Of a stretch of 64,000 bases of DNA, positions 25,556 to 41,900 are shown one piece after another (within the stretch, counting starts at the first letter, position 1; the number at the start of each line of letters is the position of its first letter). Origin of the DNA: Geosiphon pyriformis uo1 (lineage: Eukaryota; Fungi; Glomeromycota); assembly GCA_016748015.1 (NCBI GenBank), contig JAAOMT010000518.1, positions 248,001 through 312,000 of the forward strand. Direction: 5' to 3'. The position numbers were made by a program, and so were the translations under genes. Below the pieces are notes generated by a model, which saw nothing but the letters and a program-made list of their open reading frames with translations, was not told the origin of the DNA and did no database searches.

Positions 25556-27519
25556 TTCAATTTAAAAGAAAATTTAATTATAACTAATTTTTAAAGGATA
25601 AAGACAATGTGAGAGAGATGGAATATAACTGAGATGATTTATATAATAACCAAATGTGTGTAATCTCTACAAAGTTTTAGGAAAGAAAATCTGATGGATT
25701 TATTAACTTGACATATTGGCACTCTCGAATCGTATGTTTTTTTCGTCTCTATGCGGGATTCTAAGTAAAGACGAAAAGCATTTTTTTCGTCCTTGGTTTC
25801 AAGTCGCCTCCTCATAGCAATACCCAAGTTTAAATATTGATCCAACATAGCCCACATTCGAGAGTGCCGAGATTATAGGTGTATTTCAAATTAATCAATT
25901 AATAGGTTTTCTTTTTAGTCTTTAAAGTTTCAAAATTGATGAAGCTTCTCTTATAATTTTCAATTATATTTTGAAAAATAAATAAATAAATAAATGCATT
26001 AGATTTTGTTTTCTAAATGTCTCTGGAAAATAAACACGTTTATTTATTTAATAAACAATCTTAATGATATATTCTATATATCACATGGTTTTCATCCTTC
26101 AAGAATTTGTTTCTTTATTCTTTATGGACATTTAAGAAATGAAATTCAATATACATATATATATATATATATTTATTTATTTGTTTGTTTGTTTGTTTCT
26201 TTAAATATTCCATCAATTTTGAGATTTTTAAGGTTTTTTCCATGAATAACATAAATTTCATTTTTATAAAAAGAGAATTCAGTAATAATGAGCATTTTAA
26301 CACTTTAAAACGATAATTGGGTTGATATTAAACCATATTCATTGAAATTTCTTAAAACCCTAGATGAATTCCTCCTAATGTGTTTTTATAAAATATATAT
26401 TTAAATTTTTGTTTTTTATATTATTAAACATGAAGTTGATATATAAACTCTAAAATCAGATATATTCAGTCATTTTTTGGATAAAGCATATTTTGATTAA
26501 ATGTTATTAAAACTTATGAAAAAGATAATTGGTTAAAAACACATTTTTAATTTAAATAATTTAGTATCTAAAAAAATTAATTGATTGTGCATTTTATTTT
26601 TAATCTAATTTCAAAATATATTTCATATTAGCACAATACTTTAACTGAAAAATTTTTTTCGTTGTTTTAAAAACCAACATTGATAGTTATTGAAATTTAA
26701 GACGATACCTTTGTACACTTAAAATAATTGCTAAAAAAAAAGAAATTCAATAAAAAAAAATTTTTGTTTTAAATTTATTTTAAAATTATCATTTATAAAA
26801 TCAATTAAACAAATTTAATACATGTTAAAACTTTATAATAATGTTTTTTTTTGTTTTTACTTTAATAAATTTACAATTAAAAAAATATAAATTCTGAAAT
26901 TAAAGAAAACAGATAAAATAAAATAAAATAAAATTTAAATAAAATTGATTTAATAAATTATAAGTTCCTTTTTTTTGGTAAATGTTTGATTTATTATAAA
27001 ATTAAAAAATTATTTATCACAAAATAAAAACAAAAAACCATGAATTTTATTTTATTTTGCACTCAAAAAATTTGAATTTTTAAACATCAAAAGAATTTTT
27101 TTTTATATGGCAAAAAGCACTTGGTTGAACTAATGAAAAAATTTCATAAAATTAACACAAAACTTATGATTGTTACTTTTAAAACAATCAAGAGAAAAAA
27201 GCTATATATATATATATTTGCTAAATGTGTTGAATAGATCAAATTTTATTATATAACACATCCAGATAATTACGTTTTTGTGAACGTTATGTGTCTATAA
27301 CAATTGAAATTTCATTTTTTGATGATTATAAACTTTATTATCATAGAAAACTACAAGGCTGATTTCCAAAGTTATTTGAAAAGGGTTAGGATGATCGCTT
27401 TTCTTTTAAATTTTTTATAAATCAATAAAAATTCACGAAATATATTTAAACTTTCCTTTGAAAATTTTCACTTAATATAATTTTTTCTAATTAACAGGCC
27501 AAAATCAAAAGCTCTCTAA

Positions 27520-28116
27520 NNNNNNNNNNNNNNNNNNNNNNNNNNNNNNNNNNNNNNNNNNNNNNNNNNNNNNNNNNNNNNNNNNNNNNNNNNNNNNNNN
27601 NNNNNNNNNNNNNNNNNNNNNNNNNNNNNNNNNNNNNNNNNNNNNNNNNNNNNNNNNNNNNNNNNNNNNNNNNNNNNNNNNNNNNNNNNNNNNNNNNNNN
27701 NNNNNNNNNNNNNNNNNNNNNNNNNNNNNNNNNNNNNNNNNNNNNNNNNNNNNNNNNNNNNNNNNNNNNNNNNNNNNNNNNNNNNNNNNNNNNNNNNNNN
27801 NNNNNNNNNNNNNNNNNNNNNNNNNNNNNNNNNNNNNNNNNNNNNNNNNNNNNNNNNNNNNNNNNNNNNNNNNNNNNNNNNNNNNNNNNNNNNNNNNNNN
27901 NNNNNNNNNNNNNNNNNNNNNNNNNNNNNNNNNNNNNNNNNNNNNNNNNNNNNNNNNNNNNNNNNNNNNNNNNNNNNNNNNNNNNNNNNNNNNNNNNNNN
28001 NNNNNNNNNNNNNNNNNNNNNNNNNNNNNNNNNNNNNNNNNNNNNNNNNNNNNNNNNNNNNNNNNNNNNNNNNNNNNNNNNNNNNNNNNNNNNNNNNNNN
28101 NNNNNNNNNNNNNNNN
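27520..28116. other. Assembly gap (N-run)
   Basis: Run of N. Confidence 1.
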
Positions 28117-28275
28117 TTCTACACTTTTTAATGATTTCTTGAATAAAAAAACAGATTATTTTGAATCATTTAAATTTTCGTTTAAAGAATACGTACAAAT
28201 TTTAAATAAATTGTAGTTCGATTATTTAAAAAAAATAAAAAAAATAACCAATAATTGATTAAAAACAAAAGATTA

Positions 28276-28394
28276 AAATTACGGCACCCTGTATTCCCGC
28301 GTGGTCCCCCACCGCAGTACTGACAGAGCCATCAGTGGCTTAACTTCGGAGATCGGACGGGTTCCGGTGCTTTTCACTGTGTATGGCCGTAATT
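28276..28394 (-). rRNA. 5S rRNA gene (dispersed copy)
   Basis: Revcomp reads AATTACGGCCATAC...CCCGTCCGATCTCCGAAGTTAAGC...AGTACTGCGGTGGGGGACCACGCGGGAATAC...GCCGTAATT: ~119 nt, with a perfect 9-bp helix I, recognisable A and C boxes, and a TTTT Pol III terminator. Confidence 0.96.
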
Positions 28395-31243
28395 AAAATT
28401 TTCTCAACTCTTAGCTATTTGTTATGAACTGTTTGAAAACCTCTTAATATTAGCAAAAGATTACAAAAAATCAATATTATATCAGTGAAATAATTTGTCT
28501 TTTCAATATATCACTATTTTTGCTAAACATAATTATTTGATTAGTTCCTTCTGCTTTTTTAAGATTATCCAACAGACTCACTTCTCAAGAAAGAAATCTT
28601 ACCCTGAACGAGAAAAATACTAAAAACCTCATTTTACCCGAGTTTTTGTTTATTTTTTCTGGTTGATTAAAATTGGGCATTTAAAAATACCGCAATACAC
28701 TTAAAATTGCATTTGAATTGCAATTAGTAAGAGCATTAATAGTATATTGCTATATGTTTACTAGCTATTAATTTTTAGATAGTTTAAATATTGATAATTA
28801 TTCTATATATTATATAGCATACCATTTATCTTCATTCTCTAGTTTACATCTTTCCCCTATTTCTCTTATTCAATCATATTAACTTTTGGAATACTCTTTG
28901 CTCTCGTTTTTAAATCAAAACTTATCCAGTAGTTATTAATATTATTAAATAATATTTTAACTAAAGTAGAATTGTTTAAAATTATTTTTCCTAAACTATA
29001 ATATAGTTAGTTATCAAGTCCTTTTTTTAGAATGTTATATTAGGTTATCAATGTAAAATAGTGAGGAAAAAATCGCGGTAAAAATAGGTATTTTGCCAAG
29101 ATTGTGAAAAATTCGAGGCTTTTGTTATTCAATAAGGATACTGCCTTAGTAAGGAGGTAAAATAATTTTCTTAAAGTTAAATTCTGAGTAAAGAATTGTT
29201 TGGAATATTTCACAAGAATATTTCTTCAAATTGGTTGTAGTGTAATTAAAAAGTAAAGATTGGGATTTGATTGTTTCTTTGTGTGGGTTGTCGAAACAAG
29301 GTACTTTCCAAAAAGAAGGCTGGCTATTTATAAATATAATTATTTCAAATTCGTCTTATTAAAATTAAGATAAGTATAAGTATAAAGATTGAGTATAAAA
29401 GTGAAAATAGTGATAATTGTAAAGAATTTTTTCCTAATTATAACCAAGTTGTTAAAAAGTATGTTTTAGGTAAATTAAAATCAGAGTTGTTAAGAAGTAT
29501 GTTTTAGGCAAATTAAAATAAGAGTTTGAGTAAATAAAATTAGAAAGTTATGTTTTAGAAAAAATATAAAAATTAAAGCAAAAAAAGAAACAAAATAAAA
29601 GAATATGAAATAACTTTTGTTAAATTTTTTATGTGTTTTAAAGAAAGAGAATAAGTTTGGCAAATTCAATTACATTAAATACAATTACAAATATGGTAGT
29701 CAAAAGAAAAAAGTTTTCAAAACTAAAAGAAAAATAAATCTTTAATTGAATCAAAAGTGAAAAAAGTAACAAGATTAATAGACGGAAATTATTAAGTTTA
29801 AAAAAATGATATTTAAATAATAATTTAGAATAACAAAATTCTTAAAAAAATTATTCAGAAAATTAAGACTTAAAAGAATTTACAAAGATTAGATTTTTAT
29901 TAAAAATAAAATAAAATTCAAGAATATTTCTCTGAGCAAATAAAATAATCAGTATTTGTAAATATTGAGTTTTATTTGCTTTTATAACATTCAGATTTAT
30001 AATATTATTGAGATTTTTCTTGGAAATATTATCATTATGCTTTATGATCTTTACCATAAAATTAAAGAATTATTTATTATACAAGTTGGAATTTACAGTC
30101 GATATGCTATTATAAAGTTTTTGAATATTTTATCCAAGGATGAATGAGAAATATGTAAAAATAACAAGTAGAAGCAATTCTTAAACTCATCTTGTCGTTA
30201 TTAGAAGATTTCTAAACATGTTCAACCTTTTTGGCAGTATTGTATGGAGTCAAAATATCTATTACTCCCAAGTAATATATCTCATTTGTGGAATGATTTT
30301 GTTCGTCAGTCACCGCAAACCCCCCCCCCCCCCCCTCCCATCATCTGTGTAGAATATACAGTTGCGAAATCGACTATTAATAGCAAAACCATATATATTT
30401 AAGAAGGAATTAATATACTAGACTAACAAAGACTCTCGGATAACCTTGCAGATACTTTACTCAGGGATTGAATTTTGTCAAAGGATCTAATTTAAAAGGA
30501 TCAATGGCGATGACAGTTTTTAAAGAGACTTTAATCTCTCTCTTATTGAAGCCAGGCACAGTGTAATTGCGAATTCAGCACAGAGCAAGAAGAATCACCG
30601 ACTGATGAAGGTTTATGAGCACATTTTGCTTGTACTCAACACAGAGCAAGGTCTTATTTTAATATAAACAATTTGTTATTTTTGACGCTAAAAAAATTTT
30701 TAGTGTGTTACGCAGTTTTTTAAAACCAAGATTTCAAACCAATTACAATTTAAGCAATTGTTACGGAATATAATATTAATTGTAAATACACCTTTGATCA
30801 GAAAATTGAAAGAAAAAGGTTCCCTTTTCGGGGCTTACTTTATTTTAAGACTGTAGAATCCGTTTTTTGTTTCGGGTTTTATTTAACAAAAAACATCTCT
30901 TAGATATTCATTGGCCATTAAATTTTCAATCCAGAAGTTGTTCACATCATTAAAACTTTTACTTTGATGCTGCAGATCTATGTAGTGGGTTTGTTAAGGG
31001 TATAGGTTAGTTCAACATTTTCAATACACATCGTGCTCTTTTCACTGTCAATAGTTACATTGAAAACCTAATTTATTAGTTTCGGATTCCCTTTTTTTAA
31101 TTTAAAAAGTGGAATCAAATTAATAAACTGACCAAGAAACTTCTAAACTGAGCTTTGTAAAATCTTTCTATAATGTACAGTTTTTGAAGTAATAAATAAT
31201 ACGATGATAATAAATAAAATAAAATAAAAGTCTGAAACATAAA

Positions 31244-33542
31244 TTAAGAAATCTCGGAATACAATTTTTCAATTTGAGCAGCGTAATATTTTCGTGCTTG
31301 ATGTCGTTTCAACTTGAAAGTTGGAGTCATTAAATCATTCTCGATGGTAAACTGTTCCGAAGTCAAATAAATATTTTTCACATTCTCAAAACCTTTGAGA
31401 TCGTTCGCTTTGCCGTAACGAATCAGCGTTTGAAGAATGTGGTTTTTGACTTCAGGTTCCTGACATAACTCTTCGTAGCTTTTATCTCCAAGGTTGTTTT
31501 GTTTTGCCCAGCTTAGGAGGGTTTCAGGGTCCGGGATAATTATGCCGACAAGTGAGGCTTGTAATGAATCACCGTGGATGTAGGCTTGCGCGACTAGTTC
31601 GTGTTTTTGATAAATTATTTCGATCTGGTCAAGGAGGCACAAACATTTAGTGAAGGGAACCAATGGAAAAAAAAACGGGACAATTTAAAATAACGAAAGT
31701 GATCCAAATAATATAAAAATTACCTTCTCAGGCGCAATGTATTCCCCTTGCGCCAGTTTAAAGATATTTTTGAGACGATCTATGATCAACAATCTACCTT
31801 GATCGTCCCATAAACCAATATCACCGGTACGACACCATCCATCTTTATCAAGCACCTCGGCAGTTTTATCAGGACTTTTATAGTATTCACGAAACACCGA
31901 GTTTCCACGTACGCAAATTTCCCCACGTGGAAATGGTTTATCCTCGCTGGTATAAGACATGTCGGGCACGTCTACCAGTTTTACTTCGACACAAGGCTGT
32001 GGTGGACCAACATGACCTGACGAAGTGTCTCCATAGGTAGACTAATTGTTTCAAAAAACAGGAATTGAGAAAATTTTGTTGAGGCATCAATTCGATCAAT
32101 CACCTTGAAATGCAAAAGGTGACGAGAAATAGAATAATTCATTCAAGATCCAGAAAACTTTATTACATACAACAGACACAGCGGCAGCATTTTCCGTTTG
32201 TCCAAAACCTTGATAGACATCGGCAGAAAAACAAATTCTCAAGAAATCCATTACATCAGCTGATAACGGGGCAGATCCTGACACGATGACTCGAATTCTA
32301 CCTCCTAGTCGAGCACGGATGGGAGCGAATACTACTCGATCCCACATCCAATTATGAACAATCCCTCTTGATAACGCAGCCTTTTTTCTATTGTATGCGG
32401 TAGTGAACAACCATTCAGCGACTCCACCTTTTGTCTTTACACCGGCCATCACTTTATCATAGACACGATTTAGTAGTCGAGGCACTGATATGAAAATAGT
32501 GGGTCGTAACGCGGCGATGTCATCTAATAATTTTAAGGTGTCTCCTTGATAATAACCAATTTGAGAACCATTAGTGATCATCACCGCTTGATTACACCTT
32601 TCGAACACATGGGCCAATGGTAAATACGACATGTGAATGTCTTTTTTAGTAGGGGAGAAAAACTTATTTTCCTCGGCAAGATGTGTAACACTGCCTAGAA
32701 GTGACAGGAAATTGAAATGAGTCAAAACGACACCCTTGGGTGTTCCCGTGGTCCCGGAGGTATAACAAATTGTTGCTACATCATCAGATTTTGGTTTCAC
32801 CGGTGGTTCCCCATTGTTGCGTGATCCTTCTTCCTCCACCTCTTGAAATTTAAGGAGACGAACATTCAAGGTTTGGCCATAATTTTTGGTATCGTCATCA
32901 AGCGGATCTATCACAATCAGAGTTTTCAAAGATGGCAAGGAGTCTTTAAGTTTGAGAAGATTTGATGCCTTTGTTGTTGTTGTTATAACATATTCCATTT
33001 CTGTTTGATTGATAATAAATTCGATAGCTTCCACTCCCAAAGTATCGTAGAGTGGCACTGTCACGAAATTATATTGATAGGAAGCTAATTCTGATATCGT
33101 CTAGCCCGATGATTGAAAACGAAAGCGCGATTAGGTTAGGGAGTAATTGAGAAGTGTATGGAGAAAACACGAATAAAAGATGAAAATAAATTATGTGTAA
33201 TATCCTCACCCATTCTGGACAGTTAATCATGAATATACCTAACGGTTTATAAGTTTGCAATCCAAGGTTTCGTAGACCAGCCCCAACATTTGTGACCCGA
33301 GTCTGAACTTCTGGATAGGTTTGCCAGACGTAGTCTTGGGCGACACCATCTACTATTGGACGGTGTCCCAAGAAATCGCCACCATCTTTCCGAAAATTAA
33401 AACATGATTAAAATTGGTTCATTCAACTTCTATTATCAATAATGGAGATATCGATGTCACATGAAATGTGATTGGTTGAAACCATGAACACTTTCAATTC
33501 ATTTACTCTTTAAAACCGTCTTTCCGTCAATTTCCTATTATA

Positions 33543-33592
<50 letters not shown>

Positions 33593-33767
33593 ATGTCGTC
33601 AAAAACATACCAGAAAGTTGAACCCCTCGTAAGAAATTATCATACAATGAAGTCATTCCTTCGGGACTACCAGTTAATTTCTCTGGGGCAATAACATTTC
33701 TTCTCGGTTTACCTTCACCAGGAATGCTAGGTGCTCCTTCAACCTCAACTGAGTAATTTTCGGACAT
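31244..33767 (-). CDS. Long-chain fatty acyl-CoA synthetase (ACSL/FAA family)
   Basis: ATG 33767 MSENYSVEV; VPLYDTLG; AMP-binding loop [11 protein letters not shown]; [10 protein letters not shown]; YQGFGQTE; RTGDIG; [21 protein letters not shown]; [12 protein letters not shown] introns restore the frame. Confidence 0.96.
33547..33589. repeat. (CT)n microsatellite in ACSL intron 1
   Basis: Visible directly. Confidence 0.95.
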
Positions 33768-34976
33768 TTTTTTCTTTAATGAGTTAGAATTTGATGTTGA
33801 GGAAGAATGAAGAGGAGGTTGAGGCTGAGATTTAGGTAATGCGAAGGTATCACGAAAATTTAAGAAATTTCTTTTTTTCGAGTTCTTTTTAATTTTCATC
33901 AAAGTTATTATTATTAACAATAGTATTATACGGGATTTTGCATTAAGTTCAAAATTGATTGGTGGCATAAAAACTTGTAGATCGTAGTAGAACTAGAATA
34001 ATTTGGGTTTTAAGAAAAAAAAAAAAAAAAAAAAAAAATATTTAATAAATTGGACACTGGATTTTAAACTTTTTTCACGTTAGGATTTACAATTGATCTG
34101 GGAATTGATGATGTTCTTTATTTGATTGAAAATTTTTTTATTTTTCCGAATTGATTAAAAAAAGATCAGATAAAAGAAGAAAGAAATACGATATTGAAAA
34201 TATTACACGTGAAAAAAAAGGAAAAAGTATTTTAAACTTTGGAAAGTTTTCTTAAATGAAAAAAATTTTTTTTTTTTAAAACCTTTATTTATTTTCTTTT
34301 TTGCGAGAATTCAACAATTAAACGTATTGAGAAATAAGAGGAATTTAGAATTCTCACACTAATTTTCAAATTTTCAAATTTAATGATTGTGGATAAAAAG
34401 ATTCTCAAAAAAGAAACTTTATATTTTAAAATTATTAAACGTCTAGAAAATTATTTCGAGATTGAAAAATAATTTTTTACAATTTAAAAACATAGCCAAA
34501 AATTTTTTGGGCAATGGTCGAATAGGAAATAAATATTCCAAAGCTAAAATTATTAGGTCTTATTAATATTTTCACTTTTTTGTCCAAAAACTATTTTTTT
34601 CTTGTTTGTTTGTTTGTTTGTTTGTTTGTTTGTTTGTTTATTGGCTCGATAATTGGTTGGGGTTGACCCTGTAGGATTATATAAATTTTTTTTCGTTACA
34701 CTTTTCAAATCAGATATATCGATAGATAAAATTTTATCTTTATTGAATTTGTTTTTGATTAACTAAATTTTTCTGAATACACACACACACAAAAAGGGAT
34801 TCACTAAATTGACTGATATGTCTCCGTTTTTTTTACTAATGCAGGGTGTTGTAGCTAAATTTGCATGTTTCTATTTTTGATGTATTTATATTTTCGGAAT
34901 TTAATTGGGATCGTTAAATCGTTCATGAATTTCATAGTATTATTGAAATATTTTTTTAGTTTTCATTCAACATATC

Positions 34977-35103
<127 letters not shown>

Positions 35104-35283
35104 GTAAATAGTAAATAATAATAATTAAGATCTTAATTGAAAAAAAAAATTATAATTAATCAAAATTACATTAACAATAACGTATTTAATAATTCTTTTA
35201 ATAAAATACATTATAATATAAAATCTGTCTGTTGATCATATAATAAATGTCTTGTAACACCAATGGTTTTTATAGATGATGAA

Positions 35284-35285
<2 letters not shown>

Positions 35286-35367
<82 letters not shown>

Positions 35368-35544
35368 NNNNNNNNNNNNNNNNNNNNACAGGCATGTGTG
35401 TGTGTGTGTGTGTGTGTGTTTGTTTTTTGTTTGTTTTTGTTTGTTTTTGTTTGTTTTTGTTTGTTTTTGTTTTTTTTTGTTTTTTTTTGTTTTTTTTTTG
35501 TTTTTTTTTTTTTGTTTTTGTTTTTTTTTTTGGTTTTTTTTTTT

Positions 35545-35589
<45 letters not shown>
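35286..35589. repeat. Poly-T / (GT)n / (GTTT..)n low-complexity tract containing a small N gap
   Basis: Visible directly; N at 35368-35387. Confidence 0.95.
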
Positions 35590-35673
35590 CATCTTCCAAT
35601 CCCTCTTTTTATATCAATCGATCAACAGATATATTAAATACTTTGACAGAAATTAATAACTTTAAATCATAAT

Positions 35674-37631
<1,958 letters not shown>

Positions 37632-38909
37632 ATCATTTTTCAACCCTTCATTTCAACACATAACCGTATTCTAAAATGAAACAAATTCAAACGGTTGTGG
37701 TTTTACTTCTTATTTGATTGAATCGATTTTGAAATCTCATGACGGGAGACAGTAATATTTTTGGTCTCGGATAAAATTTAAATTTTTCCAATTTATTCAT
37801 CAGTCATCTAATTTATTTTTCAACAGTTTTGATTTTTTATCAAATAATTCCAACTTTTCTACAAGGAATATTTTTTGGTTGATTTAATTCTTTCGTGATA
37901 GTTTCTCATTATTAGAATGAAATCTATTTTAAAGAAAATTATTGTCCAAAAATTTAGAATTAACAAAAAACACCTAAACAACAACTTTTTTTTGATGATT
38001 TAATTTTAATTATTGTTTGTACAAAATTAAAATTTTTATTTATTATAATAAATATATTTTTTTTTTATTTACAATTTATTTTAGGATTATAAAAATTGTT
38101 TTTGAGATTGAAGCAGTGGTTTTTTGGTTTTATTCTTGATAATCTTTAATTGTGTTATATATAATCACAATTTTTGTAAAAGTTAAATGGTTAAAATGAA
38201 TTAAAAGTTTAATTAATATATAATTTGTTTTATTAATTAAAAATTTGATTAAGCATTTTGTAAAAATATAATTTTTTTAATTACAAAAATGTTTTTTTTT
38301 ATTTAAATATCCAAAATAAAATCATTAATTAACTTTATAATTAAAAAAAAACCAGAATATTAATAAATTTAATAATAAATTTAATAACATATTTAATTAG
38401 CAAAACCAATTTAGTTAAAAATGTCAAAACAAATAAAAAAACAAAAAAAACAGTAATTTTAACATAAAAATTTAAAAATTTTAATTTTAATAACAGATCT
38501 GAAAAAAATTTTAGAAAAAATAATAAAAACAAATTTTTTTTATAGTATTTAAATTAACTTAAAATTAAAAATAATAATAATAATATATTTTTAATTACTA
38601 AAATAAATTAAAAAAATAAAACAAATATAACTATAAATTTTAATAAAAAAAAATTTACCAATTTAATTTTAAATATATTTTTTAAAAATAATAATTTCTC
38701 TTTAATTTTAAAAAAAATATTATAAAAACAACAATAATTAAAACAAAACCAAATAGAAAATCACAAAAACTTTGCAATTTTAAAAATAAAAAAAAAGTAA
38801 TTCAACAAATTTAATTTGTATAGTAATATTTAATAATTAAATTAAATTTTAAAAAAATTATATAAAGACTAAAATAAAAATATTATAATTATTATAAAAA
38901 ACTTTCTTT

Positions 38910-41900
38910 TGTCAATTTTCTGGTTATAATAAGAGCAAAGAATTATCAAAAAATTAATTTGTTTTTTCTTCTTTTTTTCTTTGTATTTCTTTAGTTATTT
39001 CTTATAACTTACTTTTTTTTGTTGTAATAGAACTGATGGGCTCTTTTGCTGGTAGTTTTAATTTGAATTTAACTGGTTTGGAAATCTGTTTAAGTACCAA
39101 GAAAAAGCATGTAGAGAGTGTTTACTTTTACAATATATCTTATAAAAAACTGAAAAAACCTGATATAAGTATTAATATAATTAATTTGTTTACTGGTTTT
39201 TTAAGTTTTAAAAATATTAATGTCTCTGGTAAAAAATCTGTAATGTCTTAAGAAAATAAAGTTAATAGCAAAGCCAGTAGTATTAGCAATCTATCAGATA
39301 TAAAAAATATAAAAAATATGATTATCAAAGAAACTAGCTATATGAATTTAAATAATTTGGTAGTTAACAATAATATAGATAATATTATGCTGCAAAAAAC
39401 TTGCACTTGAATATATATATTGAGTTAACTGCCAAAAACTCTTTTATTTATGGATTTAAACAATAACAAAAATATTTTAATATTATTATCATCTAAGTTT
39501 GATGATTCTAAACAACTTTTATTAGTCAAGTTATGTGTTTTAGAAAAATGAAATTTCAATTTAGCAAAGTTGTTTGTTGTATCTGATAAAACTAATAGTA
39601 ATAAATTGATTATAGTAGAAAAATTTTTTTATTGTATTAATGGTTTTGGAAAAGCATTTATTTTCTCAAAATTTTTAAAGATTATTAGATCATTCTTTAT
39701 ATTAAAATTGAGCTTAAATAAAGCAAAAAAATTGGCAATCTGTAAAAAAATTATGGTAAATAATAATATAAAAAAACAAACAATTATACAGATCAAGAAA
39801 TAATTGTTAAAAAAATCTCAGTAGATCTTCTTAAATCAGCTGTGGAGTTGGTGTTCTCTAAATTTGGCAAGATTGTGTTTATCAAAATACAACTCATTAG
39901 TCTTTGGCAAAAAGACACTAATAAAGTTTGAATTATTAGATATTATTAGTTTGATTGCTTCCAATTAATCAGTTCTTATGAGAAAAAATTTCATACATAT
40001 GGCTTTGGCAGTTAATAATAAACAGTCATAAGTATTCAAAAATTTTTACTGAGCTTTATTGTATATCTTACCAGTTAGCACTACTGCTTATGATCTTTCT
40101 AAAATATTGACATTATATGATAAGAATACTTGTTTTATTGGTTATAATCTGAGCATATATGAGCATAACAAATATGCTGTTGTTTGTTTTGCTAATGAAG
40201 CTTTCAAGAAGACTATTATTAGTTTTATTTTGGTTTTTAAAGATGTGAATTTACACTGAACTGGTCTTTTTTTAGTCTGTTGTGCTTAATACAAACAATT
40301 TGGTCATATTTCTAATATGTATTTAGTGGATAAAAATTTAGATAATTATAGTAGACAAATAGTCAATTCTTAGAATTAGATTTGTTTGGCAAATATATAT
40401 AGAAAAAAACAGACACTAATTGCTTACCCACTTTCATTTAACAAAAAAACTTGGACTTAAATTGTTGGTGATTCTACTTCTCATATAGTAATTTTGGTTT
40501 TTTTTGGCATTAGTTTATCTTTAAGTGTTAAATCTTTTTTGCTGGTTTCTTTAAAAATAAGTAATAAGTTTGCTGCTCTTAAATACAGTCTTAACAGTTT
40601 TATAGAACAAGTTAGTAAGCTAACTAAAAAATTAAATACATTCAAGCCTGTAGTTCTCTAGTCTAGCTTTGGATGTTAGCTATTAGTGACTCTTTTATTA
40701 TAAAATTAAAGAATAAATATAGTAATAAATGAGAGTTTAAATGCAGTTACTAGTGGCAAGACTATTGCTTAGGCAAAGATTTTGGATTTGTCAGTCATCC
40801 AAAAATTCGAAAAAAAAATGAACAATTTATCAGATATGATTATGAATCTGCTGGCCAAAGTAAATAACAAAAGTTTGAGTTTAAATACTATTCTTCAACA
40901 ATAACTAATTTTATCTAAAAGATTGCTACATACAATATTAGGAGTATAAACAACTCTGCTAAGCAAGAAAATATTATTCATTAACATAAAGAAATAAACA
41001 ATTTGATTTCTATTATTATTGAAACAAAATTAAAAGATAAAATTTATCTATAAATTATAAACAAGTTTGATAGTGTTCAAGTATTTATATTTGGTTTGAA
41101 GTCTGGCCACTTGGGTTTTAGTATTACAATTATTATAAATATTAGTTTGACAAAACATGTATACAAGATTTCAGAAATTGCTAGTAAACTTTTGTCTATT
41201 AAACTGCTTTTCAAAAATAAACTCTCTGTGTTGATTTTGAAGCTATATGCTAGTGCTGCTCTGATAACATGTTTGGCTTAAGCTAGAAAAATTAATTTAC
41301 TAATTGTTAAAGCTGTAAATAAAACTTTATTTGTAATTTTGAGAATAATTTTAATGAAGATAGTTTTTACAAATGTGCTAACTTCAAAAAGTGTCTTGAT
41401 TTGAAACTAGTTAATTCTTTGACAAGAAGTTTAATTGCAAAAATTTTGACATAGAATAATTTTAAAAATGCTAAAAAAACAATCAATTTTATATTTGTCT
41501 TCTTAAATTTAATTAATGTAGTAGTAGATTATAATATTCTGAATATTAGAAAGCACTTTGACATTAATTATTAAATGGTTTTTATTTTTGTGAGTTTGGG
41601 TGGTTTGTTAGATATATATTTGAACTTTTTTTGTAAGCTGGCAAATAAAAACTGCTAAAAGTTTGATTTTAAAGATGTCAATAATACAAAATAGAACAGA
41701 TTTAAAAATACTATAATAGTTAATGCTGCTATGTTTTTTGATGAATTTGCTATATGTAAAAATTTTTCAAATATAGATGTAATATAAGATGTTATTCATA
41801 AAATAGTGAGTTTATTAGCTAATAAAGTGTTTAAAAAAAATGGTTTAAGAGTTTTGATAATGTCTTTACCAAAAAATCTTCTAGGTTTTATAAATTAGAA

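Noticed and set aside
25639-25857. 72-aa ORF MWAMLDQYLNLG... upstream of the lipase
   Set aside because: It spans the spacer and one arm of an inverted repeat, has no recognisable motif, and its spacer part is absent from the 8.5-9.2 kb duplicate.
28560-29220. Weak inverted similarity between ~28560-28650 and ~29065-29220 (possible MITE), and a 38-bp tandem duplication at 29447-29526
   Set aside because: Similarity is too low to separate from chance in AT-rich DNA and no TSD is seen. The tandem duplication is real but uninformative.
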